DNA from: an uncultured bacterium | GTDB lineage: Bacteria > Zixibacteria > MSB-5A5 > JAABVY01 > JAHJOQ01 | DNA: 15,860 bases | Assembly (NCBI GenBank): GCA_965369655.1 | Contig: CBDUQR010000055.1 | Location: 1-15,860, forward strand | Direction: 5' to 3' | Part shown: positions 1 to 8,591 of the stretch, piece by piece | How positions within the stretch are numbered: the first letter of the stretch is position 1 | Layout: every line of letters starts with the position of its first letter | Translations under genes and position numbers: made by a program | The notes under the pieces: generated by a model | The model's input: the letters and a program-made list of their open reading frames with translations, nothing else | Databases searched by the model: none | Told to the model about the DNA's origin: nothing

Positions 1-54
1 GTCATGTATGGAGAGAATATAGATATGTCGTCGACTATGTCAAGTTAGTACTAG
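1..54 (-). mobile_element. Possible terminal segment (likely left end) of an insertion sequence inserted at CTAG; continues beyond the window
   Basis: The minus strand reads CTAGTACTAACTTGACA...TATATTCT...ATG: CTAG at 51-54, TTGACA at 43-38, -10-like hexamers at 21-16 or 19-14, ATG at 5-3. The reading frame of the downstream gene is closed by TAG at 20-22. No transposase is visible in the window. Confidence 0.35.
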
Positions 55-907
55 GTTTCATTACGACATAAACGACTTTGGTGGTCACATCGGTGTGACT
101 GATGAGGATTACTTCAGTGAAGAGATGCGAAGCAGAGACAAGACTCTCATTGAAACCTTTGGTTTCGGATATTCTCAGGATTTCAAAGAGAGAATAGTCG
201 TAGCTTTAATAAGGTATTTATCACGCCTGTCACCAGAGCATCAGCAGCTATGGAAGTCGAAAGAGCTGGTTGGTAACTACTCTGTTCATCCCAATTACGA
301 ACAAGCTGAACTCTTAGGCGCATTCCCTGATGGAGTTTCTATATTCAACGCTTTTCTGGAGGAGATTAAGCAAATTAACATTCTATCGAACCTAACGGGC
401 CGAAGTGCACTATTCAGAAAGGAGTTTGATCATCAGAAGCGACCCAGAAAGTTTGGCTTTCTGCTCCGCCCCACTCTAAGTGAGTACAGAGATTTCGTAG
501 TTACATTAGATAAAATCGTGAGCGAGAATATTAATCAGGACTTCTTCGGGAATGATGTTGATCTGTATAAAGATATTACTAAGAAGAATGGTACGTTTGA
601 ACGACAAAGAAAGGGCTCAATCAGTATCTTAGAGGAGTGGTTGGTTAAATTCTTCAAGCCGAACGATCCGACTCGTTTGAAAAAAATGATAGAAACGTTT
701 CGTAAAATCAGACACGAACGTCAGCCCGGAGCTCACAAACTTGAACTCGATGAATGGAGTATAGATTTTTTTGCAACGCAACGAAAACTTATGGATGAAT
801 CGTATGATGCCTTAAAGACTCTCAGATTGGTCTTTTCGGCTCATCCACAAGCCCATTCATATAAACCTCCCGAATGGCTGCAAACTGGAAAGATTTGGTC
901 CTATTAA
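53..907 (+). CDS. AT-rich hypothetical protein with C-terminal HEPN-like RX4H motif (RQPGAH); probably 5'-truncated (possible pseudogene)
   Basis: The ORF track gives 95..907 from a GTG with no clear RBS. The frame is open upstream (RFHYDINDFGGHIGV from 53). The helical C-terminus has FRKIRHERQPGAH, with the motif at 719-736. Base composition is lower in GC than the neighbouring core genes. Confidence 0.7.
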   Translation, partial: RFHYDINDFGGHIGVTDEDYFSEEMRSRDKTLIETFGFGYSQDFKERIVVALIRYLSRLSPEHQQLWKSKELVGNYSVHPNYEQAELLGAFPDGVSIFNAFLEEIKQINILSNLTGRSALFRKEFDHQKRPRKFGFLLRPTLSEYRDFVVTLDKIVSENINQDFFGNDVDLYKDITKKNGTFERQRKGSISILEEWLVKFFKPNDPTRLKKMIETFRKIRHERQPGAHKLELDEWSIDFFATQRKLMDESYDALKTLRLVFSAHPQAHSYKPPEWLQTGKIWSY

Positions 908-911
908 CCTG

Positions 912-942
912 GTAGCCCACCCAGAGTGCAACGTCGGGTGGG
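912..942 (+). repeat. GTAG-type REP-like palindrome between convergent genes (may also act as a terminator)
   Basis: GTAG (912-915) is followed immediately by CCCACCC (916-922), a 13-nt loop and GGGTGGG (936-942). It begins 4 nt after the stop at 907. Confidence 0.6.
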
Positions 943-966
943 ATTCTCCTTTCCAGCAATCCCTGT

Positions 967-1674
967 TCACGGATGCAGCCTGACCATCACACGTCTGACA
1001 TATTCATCCAGTGGTATCTCATCTGTCTCGCCGGTGAAGATATATATCCTGATGCACTTGGTCACACCGCCGAGTACTGTCCTGCCGTATATATAGCGCT
1101 GTCCTTCTTTCGCGGTCACAGGGAATTCGACATTGCCGTATTTGTCGATGTGAAGATCGGGAACCTCTTCCTCATACTCACCCTCAGCAGCATAGAACAG
1201 CCTCGAGCCGGGGGAAATCTTGAATTTGACCATCATGGTCAGCCCGCCTTCGAGACGTACAGTACGATATTCCATCCTGAGAACCGGATCGTATTCTTCG
1301 AACACAATCTGACGATTAGCATCACTGACAGTTGCGCCATCGTATCGCACTTCACGGAGCTGAGGAAGCGCCCTGATCTCATTGTGCATCCTGTGAATGT
1401 CATTCAGTGACGGAACCGTGAACTCGCAGTAAATCGAGTCATCTCCGACATCCATGAAGACACGAAAATCCTCCATCCGGTATTGCTCGATAAGTTGCTC
1501 TAATCTGTCGGCGTCCTCTTTCTCAGTATTTCTGAAAATATACTCGCATCTGATTGCTGAAATCTCACTCGGCGTAAGCTGCCGACGGGATGTGCACTGA
1601 ACGAGCACGGCACAGAGAATCATGACAGCAAACAGAGTCAATTCAGAAAGCGTAACTGATCGATGAATGGTCAT
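967..1674 (-). CDS. Hypothetical exported/membrane-anchored protein (possible lipoprotein)
   Basis: 235-aa ORF with an N-terminal hydrophobic stretch (LTLFAVMILCAVLVQC). It is co-oriented with, and 45 nt downstream of, the Smr gene. Confidence 0.75.
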   Translation of the reverse strand: MTIHRSVTLSELTLFAVMILCAVLVQCTSRRQLTPSEISAIRCEYIFRNTEKEDADRLEQLIEQYRMEDFRVFMDVGDDSIYCEFTVPSLNDIHRMHNEIRALPQLREVRYDGATVSDANRQIVFEEYDPVLRMEYRTVRLEGGLTMMVKFKISPGSRLFYAAEGEYEEEVPDLHIDKYGNVEFPVTAKEGQRYIYGRTVLGGVTKCIRIYIFTGETDEIPLDEYVRRVMVRLHP

Positions 1675-1719
1675 ATACTGATGTTAGAACGTGAGACAAG
1701 GCGAGTCAAGAAAAACATG

Positions 1720-2019
1720 CTATCTGAGATCGACCACAGTTGCGCCCCATGACCCGCCCGATCCGCCTTCATGCCGATACGACACGACCCTCGGATGTTT
1801 GTCGAGAATCGAATGCACGATGCGCCTGAGCGTTCCGGTTCCCTTACCGTGCACAATCCTGATCTTCGTGATCCCGCGCCTTAGGCACTCGTCGATATAC
1901 TCCGGCACAAGATCCTTGACATCGCTCGGAGCGAATGTGTGCAGATCGAGTGTACCGTCGATCGGGTATTCACCGGTAGTTTCGTTGATCAATCGAGAGC
2001 ATCCCTTCTTGCCTGTCAT
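1720..2019 (-). CDS. Stand-alone Smr/MutS2 C-terminal domain protein (putative endonuclease)
   Basis: Contains LDLH, IRIVHGKGTGTLR and GGSWGATVV, the typical Smr motifs. The start is more likely ATG 2019 or TTG 1992 than 2082. Confidence 0.9.
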   Translation of the reverse strand: MTGKKGCSRLINETTGEYPIDGTLDLHTFAPSDVKDLVPEYIDECLRRGITKIRIVHGKGTGTLRRIVHSILDKHPRVVSYRHEGGSGGSWGATVVDLR

Positions 2020-2812
2020 CGCTGACTCTTTCAACAACACTCGATGCAGGCAGGGCAACCGCAATGACAGCAGCGAAAACATTCCTGCATCCGGCCCTGC
2101 GCAGTTCCAATGCCGCTTCGTTCAATGTAGCGCCGGTCGTCGTGACGTCATCGATAAGAAGGATGCGTTTGCCGGCGACCACATCCGGTCTTGTGACGGA
2201 GAATGCTCCCTTCATATTCTCGACACGCTGCCTTGCGGTCAAACCTGTCTGATCTTTCGTTCGCTTGACTCTTTTGATAAGATCATCTGCGACCGGCAGT
2301 GATGTCTCATCAGCCAGAGATTGCGCAATGACGAATGACTGATTGAACCCGCGCTGCCGCTGCCTGATCCAGTGCAGCGGGATCGGCGCTATCAGATCAA
2401 TCAGCCCAATCGCTTTGGCGTCCCTAAGTCTCGATGCGAGCATTTTCGACATCCTGCCTGCAAGCGGCAGAAGAGAATGATACTTCAGTCCGTGAACGAC
2501 GGATCGAAAGAAGTCATCAAAAGTCCCGCAGGTGAAGAGTACGGAGATTGGCGATTTGTTCTCGCAGGATTTGCACCCCGCGCGAAGGTTTACGATTTCC
2601 GACCGGCATTCAGGACAGAGCGGCTCCTCTACTTCGCTCGCAAGGTCAAGACATGTCTCACAGTAATAATCGTAGCCTCTTGACAGCCTCGATCCACAGC
2701 AGATGCACTCGGGGTAGAAAACGAAATCGAGCAGGTCATCGACGAGTATTCGAGCACGTGTCGTCGTCGCGCTCTGGCGAATCGATTCCTGTATCCGCGT
2801 CGATATACTCAT
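1970..2812 (-). CDS. comF: ComF family protein (double zinc ribbon + phosphoribosyltransferase domain)
   Basis: CxxC pairs (CICC, CETC, CPEC, CKSC), PIPLH...RGFNQS, and the PRPP-binding motif LLIDDVTTTGATL. Confidence 0.93.
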   Translation of the reverse strand: MSISTRIQESIRQSATTTRARILVDDLLDFVFYPECICCGSRLSRGYDYYCETCLDLASEVEEPLCPECRSEIVNLRAGCKSCENKSPISVLFTCGTFDDFFRSVVHGLKYHSLLPLAGRMSKMLASRLRDAKAIGLIDLIAPIPLHWIRQRQRGFNQSFVIAQSLADETSLPVADDLIKRVKRTKDQTGLTARQRVENMKGAFSVTRPDVVAGKRILLIDDVTTTGATLNEAALELRRAGCRNVFAAVIAVALPASSVVERVSDDRQEGMLSIDQRNYR

Positions 2813-2815
2813 GTA

Positions 2816-3391
2816 TCATCTGTCCGCGCTGTCGATGCGCATTGGGGAATGCTCTTTTAGAAAACTACGCACACGATCGGCGAGATCACTGTCAGGTTCG
2901 ATAGCGAGATACTCGTTCCAGTAGTGCAGCATGAGCGAATCATTGCCGAGCCCGCCATGTACTATTCCGAGGTTGAAACGCGCGATTGCGTGATCGGGTT
3001 GAAGTGCCAGAGCGATCTCGAAATCCACAAGAGCCTCACCGAGTTGATCGGTCGCAAAATAGCAGGACCCTCGGTCGACTCTCACATCGACGAGAGTGGA
3101 ATCGATTTCGAGCACGCGCGAGTAATTCGAAATCGCCTCGGGATAACGCTGGGCATCCATGAGATGATTGCCGGTCTCGATAAGTTGCTCTATATCGTCG
3201 AGACGCTCAAGTCCGGCTGCTGACGCAGTAGATTCTGCACTTAAGTCAGCGCCGGTTCTGTTCAATACGAAATATCCCGTGTATCCTATGGCCGCGAGGC
3301 TCAGGACCAGAATGAGTATCGTCATATCCCGCCTGAGATTCGAGCGGTCTGCACTCGCCTGCGAACCATGCTTTTCGTCTGTCTTGCTCAC
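2816..3391 (-). CDS. Membrane-anchored tetratricopeptide repeat protein
   Basis: One N-terminal transmembrane segment (ILILVLSLAAIGYTGYFVL) and about three TPR-like repeats (e.g. ALALQPDHAIARFNLGIVH). AGGAGG lies upstream of the GTG start. Confidence 0.85.
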   Translation of the reverse strand: MSKTDEKHGSQASADRSNLRRDMTILILVLSLAAIGYTGYFVLNRTGADLSAESTASAAGLERLDDIEQLIETGNHLMDAQRYPEAISNYSRVLEIDSTLVDVRVDRGSCYFATDQLGEALVDFEIALALQPDHAIARFNLGIVHGGLGNDSLMLHYWNEYLAIEPDSDLADRVRSFLKEHSPMRIDSADR

Positions 3392-3418
3392 CCGCGCCTG
3401 CCTCCTTAACAGTAATTG

Positions 3419-5587
3419 CTAATCATCGCCGCCGCCTTTGGTTCTCCAGATCGAAATCACACCCGTAGTACGTTTGACTCTCTTGATTACTCTCTTAAGA
3501 TGGCTGAGATTTCTGATTTCTATTACAAGCTTGCCGTGCGCCATGCCTTCTTCGGACTTCATCACTGCATCGCGTATGTTCACATCTTCCGATGCGAGTG
3601 AATCGAGCACATCCCGCAGTGCGTTCTTCCTGTCCTCGACAACAAGTTCAAGCCTGACGAGGAATGAGTCATCCTTCTCGACATCCCACTCGACCTCGAT
3701 GAGCCGCTCCGGATCGTCTTTCATCCTGAGCGCGACTTCACAGTCGGCGCGATGAATCGAAATTCCGCGTCCTCGAGTAATGAAACCAATTATCTTTTCC
3801 CCCGGCACTGGCTGACAGCACTGCGCGAACCTGAACATCATATTGCCGAGTCCCTGGATTCTGATGCCTTTCGTACCCCGCGCTCTGTCGAGGAATTTCC
3901 TGACGATGGTCTCTTTCGGAGGTTCCTGCTCGGGGGGATAGAGACGGGAGAGTACGTTTGTCGCGGAGACGTCGCCCTGCCCGACGCCTGCATAGAGCCC
4001 TTCGACTGAACTGAAAGAGAGAGCCTGTGCAGAATCGAGGAGCTGGTCATCGGTTGGGAATTTCAATTTCTTTTTCCGCAGCGCCTTCTCGATCATCTCT
4101 TTGCCGAGGCTGACCGACTGTTCGAATCCCTTTTGTTTCAGGAACCTTCTTATCTTTGAGCGCGCCTTCGATGTCTTGACAACTTTCAGCCAGTCCTGGC
4201 TCGGTTCCTGATTCGGTGATGTTACAATCTTTACCTCATCTCCGCTGCTCAGCCGCGAAGCGAGAGGTACCAGCTTGCCGTTGACCTTCGCGCCCGTACA
4301 CTTCAGCCCGATGTTGGTGTGGACCGCAAAAGCAAAATCGAGAGGGGTTGCTCCGGCGGGTAGATGCTTCAACTCGCCGTTGGGAGTGAAAACAAACACC
4401 TCGTCATGGAACAGATCGATCTTCAGGTATTCGAGGAACTCGGCTGGATTCGTCATGTCCTTCTGCCAGTCGAGGACTTCCCGGAGCCAGTTGAACTGTT
4501 TGTCGGTCGGGTCGACCTCTTTCTTCCCTTCTTTGTAGAGCCAGTGCGACGCGATCCCATACTCCGCCGTGTAATGCATCTGCCTCGTCCTGATCTGAAT
4601 CTCAAGAAGTTTCCCTTCAGGACCGACCACATTCGTGTGAAGCGACTGATAGCCGTTCGCCTTGGGGTTTGCGATGTAGTCGTCGAATCCGATCCCGGAC
4701 GGTTTGTATATCTGATGCACTATGCCGAGAGCGGCATAGCACTCCGCGACTGACTCGACAATCACGCGTATGGCAAAAAGATCGTAAATCTCTTCGAATT
4801 CTCTCTCCTTGGTCTTCATCTTTCTCGCAATCGAATCGATAGATTTCGCGCGGCCATATATCGACGATTTTATGTCGCTCTTTTCAAACGCCGCGCGCAA
4901 CGGCGTCACGATTTCAGCGATGTATTTGTCTCGCTCCGTGACGGTTTCATCTATTCTACTCGTGATGAAATCATAGGTCTCGCGGTCGAGGTACTTGATG
5001 GAGAGATCCTCGAGCTCCCATTTGACTTTCGCCATCCCGAACCTGTTAGCAAGCGGCGCATAGACGTCGTATGTTTCCTCGGCGATGCGCTTCTGTTTGT
5101 CCTCGGGAAGGAAATCGAGCGTTCGCATATTGTGAAGCCGATCCGCCAGCTTGATGAGGATCACCCGGATATCGTCAGCCATCGACAGAAGCATCTTGCG
5201 GAAATTCTCAGCCTGTGATTCGACAACAGACTGTGCTCGAAAAGTTGATATCCTGGTGACTCCATCGACCAGCCCGGCGATCTCTGGTCCGAATTCACGC
5301 GTGAATTCCTTCATCGTAATGCCCGTATCCTCTACGACATCATGCAGCAATCCCGCGGCAATGGTGGCTGAATCGAGATGCTGCTCGGCGAGGATAAGAG
5401 CGGTCTGCACAGCGTGCAGCATGTAAGGTTCGCCTGAGAGACGCTTCTGCTGGGCGTGGGCTTTCTCGGCAAACTTGTAGGCATTCTTCAGGAGCGAAAT
5501 ATCGACATTCGCATTGAACGCTTCGACCGCGATCATGAATTCGGCCAGATTGACAAGCCCGTATTTTTCACCCGCCGACACAGGCAT
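3419..5587 (-). CDS. rel: Long RelA/SpoT homolog, bifunctional (p)ppGpp synthetase/hydrolase (HD-SYNTH-TGS-ZFD-ACT)
   Basis: HD motif GLLHDVVED, IKLADRLHNMRTL, synthetase motifs YGRAKS, DLFAIRV, GYQSLHT and EIQIRT, TGS motif GATPLDFAFAVHT, CCQPVPGE, and a C-terminal ACT domain. Confidence 0.97.
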   Translation of the reverse strand: MPVSAGEKYGLVNLAEFMIAVEAFNANVDISLLKNAYKFAEKAHAQQKRLSGEPYMLHAVQTALILAEQHLDSATIAAGLLHDVVEDTGITMKEFTREFGPEIAGLVDGVTRISTFRAQSVVESQAENFRKMLLSMADDIRVILIKLADRLHNMRTLDFLPEDKQKRIAEETYDVYAPLANRFGMAKVKWELEDLSIKYLDRETYDFITSRIDETVTERDKYIAEIVTPLRAAFEKSDIKSSIYGRAKSIDSIARKMKTKEREFEEIYDLFAIRVIVESVAECYAALGIVHQIYKPSGIGFDDYIANPKANGYQSLHTNVVGPEGKLLEIQIRTRQMHYTAEYGIASHWLYKEGKKEVDPTDKQFNWLREVLDWQKDMTNPAEFLEYLKIDLFHDEVFVFTPNGELKHLPAGATPLDFAFAVHTNIGLKCTGAKVNGKLVPLASRLSSGDEVKIVTSPNQEPSQDWLKVVKTSKARSKIRRFLKQKGFEQSVSLGKEMIEKALRKKKLKFPTDDQLLDSAQALSFSSVEGLYAGVGQGDVSATNVLSRLYPPEQEPPKETIVRKFLDRARGTKGIRIQGLGNMMFRFAQCCQPVPGEKIIGFITRGRGISIHRADCEVALRMKDDPERLIEVEWDVEKDDSFLVRLELVVEDRKNALRDVLDSLASEDVNIRDAVMKSEEGMAHGKLVIEIRNLSHLKRVIKRVKRTTGVISIWRTKGGGDD

Positions 5588-5609
5588 GGATTACATCCAA
5601 TGCGTTTGA

Positions 5610-6710
5610 TCACATCTGCAAGGCGATGCGATTGTACTGTTCAACTACTTCCCTGCACACGATGTCGATGTCGTAGTGCGAAGCCCGATTCGCGGCCTCA
5701 GTCGCCGTTGTCTTTCTCAACTGCTCGTCATCGAGGAGAGTTGCAAGAATTCTGTATAATTTCTCGTCATTTTCGACCGGAAACACAAACCCGGTCCTGG
5801 CTTCCTCGACGAAATCGAGCGGCCCGCCACAGTCGGATACAACAAGCGCAGAACCGCAGGCTCCGGCTTCGATCAAAGACGTTCCGAGTCCCTCGGATCT
5901 CGACGACAGGACGAATACGTCCAGCAGCGAATAGAACTCCGGCATCTCGTCAACATGTCCGAGCAGCATCACCCGATCTCCGACTTCGATGAACTCGATC
6001 AACTTCTCGATTTCAGTTCTCCGCTCGCCATCTCCCGCCACCAATAATATATAATCGTCGCGATCGTAAGATAGTTTCGAGATTGCATTCACGAGAGTGT
6101 CGATATCTTTATTATGGTCGAGGGCGCTCGCAGTTCCAATATAGAATTTGCGATCCGGTATCCCATATCGCGCTCTGAAGCCGTCGGTCTCGACGCGCCC
6201 GAAGTAGCGCATATCGACTCCGCTCGGAATGTGAACGACCTTTCTGTCGGAGACTCCCCAGTCGAGAAGTTCCCCTTCGACCGCGGTTGAGACAGCAATA
6301 AACAAAGCTATGCTCGGGCTCGTGTATTTGAAGCGGGATACTAAATTCTTCAGTTTGCCGCTGATGACTCTTCGCGTCACGACGACTCGGATTCTGTCAT
6401 CGATAAACGCTGTGGTCAGACCGATATTGTGCCCGTGTGAATCGTGAGCGTGCACGATGTTGTATCCCATCTCCGAGCAAACCCGTCGCATACGCATGCT
6501 CTCGCCGACCACATCGAATCCTCGGTACTTGATCGGGAATGTGTTCACGCCTATGTCGCCGAGTCGTCTTTCCAGTTCTCCGCCGGATGCTACAACACAG
6601 CCCGTATCGATCCCGTTCTCTTTCAGGTATCGAGCAAGGTAGAACACCTGTCTTTGTCCACCTCGGAACGATTCTCCCAGATCGATATGCAGCACGCCGT
6701 AACGGTTCAA
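5610..6710 (-). CDS. GT4 family (GT-B) glycosyltransferase, probably LPS core biosynthesis
   Basis: GGQRQV near the N-terminus, IVHAH, and FVLSSRSEGLGTSLIEA (EX7E motif). TTG start overlaps the GT2 stop. Confidence 0.92.
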   Translation of the reverse strand: MNRYGVLHIDLGESFRGGQRQVFYLARYLKENGIDTGCVVASGGELERRLGDIGVNTFPIKYRGFDVVGESMRMRRVCSEMGYNIVHAHDSHGHNIGLTTAFIDDRIRVVVTRRVISGKLKNLVSRFKYTSPSIALFIAVSTAVEGELLDWGVSDRKVVHIPSGVDMRYFGRVETDGFRARYGIPDRKFYIGTASALDHNKDIDTLVNAISKLSYDRDDYILLVAGDGERRTEIEKLIEFIEVGDRVMLLGHVDEMPEFYSLLDVFVLSSRSEGLGTSLIEAGACGSALVVSDCGGPLDFVEEARTGFVFPVENDEKLYRILATLLDDEQLRKTTATEAANRASHYDIDIVCREVVEQYNRIALQM

Positions 6711-7453
6711 CGATTATCACCTTTCAGCGCGTAACGATATTTCATGAACTGCCCGACCGCGGTCAGGACCGCGATCCACAACCCGGTGACGCCGTCGGCA
6801 AAGCCACGCTGGATCAGCAGCTTCTTGAGAAAGTGAACCGGTGGGCCGACAGCGATACGGACGAATGAGAATTTTCCTCCAGCCCTGATGTATTTCTCTG
6901 CTCCGAGTCCCGCATAGATTGCAAGCTTCCTGGCGTATGCTTTCATGTCGGGATAGCTGTAATGCAGCAGCAACCCTGTCAGCCGGCATGATTTGCCATC
7001 GCATGAAACGCTTTCATGCAACATGTCATCCGAGAACATGCCGGAATCTCTCCTGAACAACCGCAGCACATACTCCGGGTACCAGCCGGAATGCATCACC
7101 CAGTTCCCGCACAGATTCGTCACTCGCGGCAGTTCATAACCGGCAACGCCGTTATCCGATGATACGGCCTGTTCGATTTCAGACCTGAGCTTTTCGGTCA
7201 ACACCTCGTCCGCATCGAGAGAAAGGATGAACTCGGTATTCGCGAAAGTGCAGGCTTCATTCTTAGTCGGTCCGAATCCCTTCCACTCGACCAGAGTGAC
7301 TTCGGCGCCATGATCGGCGGCGACCTCGCGCGTTCGATCGCTCGATCCGCTATCGGCAACGATCACGCGGCCAAGAGACAGCGCGCTGTCGACGCATCTC
7401 CCAATATTCTCCTGTTCGTCTTTAGCGATTATCACTGTGGTAACTCTACTCAT
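6707..7453 (-). CDS. GT2 family glycosyltransferase (WaaE/LgtF-like beta-1,4-glucosyltransferase)
   Basis: VIIAKDE, DSGSSDRT, WKGFGPTKN, LSLDADE (DxD) and LHE...LLHYSY. The likely start is ATG 7453, which overlaps the GT9 stop, rather than 7504. Confidence 0.92.
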   Translation of the reverse strand: MSRVTTVIIAKDEQENIGRCVDSALSLGRVIVADSGSSDRTREVAADHGAEVTLVEWKGFGPTKNEACTFANTEFILSLDADEVLTEKLRSEIEQAVSSDNGVAGYELPRVTNLCGNWVMHSGWYPEYVLRLFRRDSGMFSDDMLHESVSCDGKSCRLTGLLLHYSYPDMKAYARKLAIYAGLGAEKYIRAGGKFSFVRIAVGPPVHFLKKLLIQRGFADGVTGLWIAVLTAVGQFMKYRYALKGDNR

Positions 7454-8591
7454 GCGCACCGGCCCGTTCGGGTCTCTTCTCAGCGACCAGCCTGCAGAAT
7501 GCATCGAAAACCGACGTCACATCGAGGAATTCTATGCGATAGAAATCGGGCGAGTTGATTGCTCTCACGCATGGATTGAACGGTCGCCAGACTGCGAAAT
7601 TCTCCATGTTGCCTACATACATAACCAGCGTGGGCAAATCGACACAACTCGCGATGTGACCGATCGATGTGTCCGGAGTAATCAGAAAATCGAGATGCTT
7701 CAACAATCCGGCGATCTCGCGAATCGAATACCCGGCAGGTAGACAGTATATCCGCTCCTCACTCGTTTCCTTAAGCTTGTCCATCTTCCAGCGCTCGCCC
7801 GGAGCCGCCGAAAGCACAAACGCAGCGTCCGGAAACCTGCCCTGAAGCATCGGCAGCAGTTCAATATACTTCTCGACCGGCCATGTCCGCGCAGGTCTCC
7901 CTGCTGAGAGATTGATTCCTATGAGAATATCGTGGTGCTCCCGCAGCGGCCTGAGAAATGACAGAGCCTTGCGTTCGTCATCATCGACCAGGAACATCTT
8001 CGGGATCAGATCGCAATCATGAAGCGATATATCGAACAGATTCAGCACAGACGCCGTCGATTCGATTATGTGCGGCCCGCTCACTGTTGGCGGATCAACA
8101 GTGAGATCGAAAAACTGTGCCAGCCTTGGTTTGCCCGCGCCGAGCTTGAACGACCCGGGACCGATCAGGGACAACAGAATCGTGGCGGTCACAGATTCGC
8201 CTACCGTCATATCGACAATCGCGTCATACTTGCGTCTTCTCATGTCGAAGATGCGTCGCACATCTTCGAGAGGCTTCTTCCTGTAGAACATTATGCGCGA
8301 TATGCTGGGATCATGCTGGATAATCATGTTGTTGTCGCGACCGCAAAGGACGTCGATTTCGATGCCCGGATAGAACTGTTTCAGGCTGTGGAAGACCGGC
8401 AGCGATATGATCATGTCGCCGAGCTTGTCGTGCCTGACAAAGAGCACTCGTCGAATTTTCTTCGGATCAAATTCCCTGAATGCTCGACGCACTCCGCCAA
8501 ACACAACGAACCAGACGAGCACTATCCACTTAAAGCCGATCTCGATGCTCTTCAGAAATCGGTCGGTGCGCTTTACCGGATCCAATCCCAT
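7446..8591 (-). CDS. GT9 family glycosyltransferase (ADP-heptose:LPS heptosyltransferase-like)
   Basis: LFVRHDKLGDMIISLP, RTWPVEKY and LITPDTSIGHIA, the GT9 signature segments. Confidence 0.92.
   Translation of the reverse strand: MGLDPVKRTDRFLKSIEIGFKWIVLVWFVVFGGVRRAFREFDPKKIRRVLFVRHDKLGDMIISLPVFHSLKQFYPGIEIDVLCGRDNNMIIQHDPSISRIMFYRKKPLEDVRRIFDMRRRKYDAIVDMTVGESVTATILLSLIGPGSFKLGAGKPRLAQFFDLTVDPPTVSGPHIIESTASVLNLFDISLHDCDLIPKMFLVDDDERKALSFLRPLREHHDILIGINLSAGRPARTWPVEKYIELLPMLQGRFPDAAFVLSAAPGERWKMDKLKETSEERIYCLPAGYSIREIAGLLKHLDFLITPDTSIGHIASCVDLPTLVMYVGNMENFAVWRPFNPCVRAINSPDFYRIEFLDVTSVFDAFCRLVAEKRPERAGAHE

Noticed and set aside
901-970. TAAC at the stop codon (905-908) as an attC inverse core site
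   Set aside because: TATTAAC does not fit RYYYAAC, and the downstream GTTCACG is not a complementary GTTRRRY. The GTAG hairpin explains the structure better.
8530-8591. 62-nt msbA/GT9 overlap as a frameshift or programmed recoding
   Set aside because: Both proteins have complete domains and there is no obvious slippery site. The overlap is just a short C-terminal tail of MsbA.
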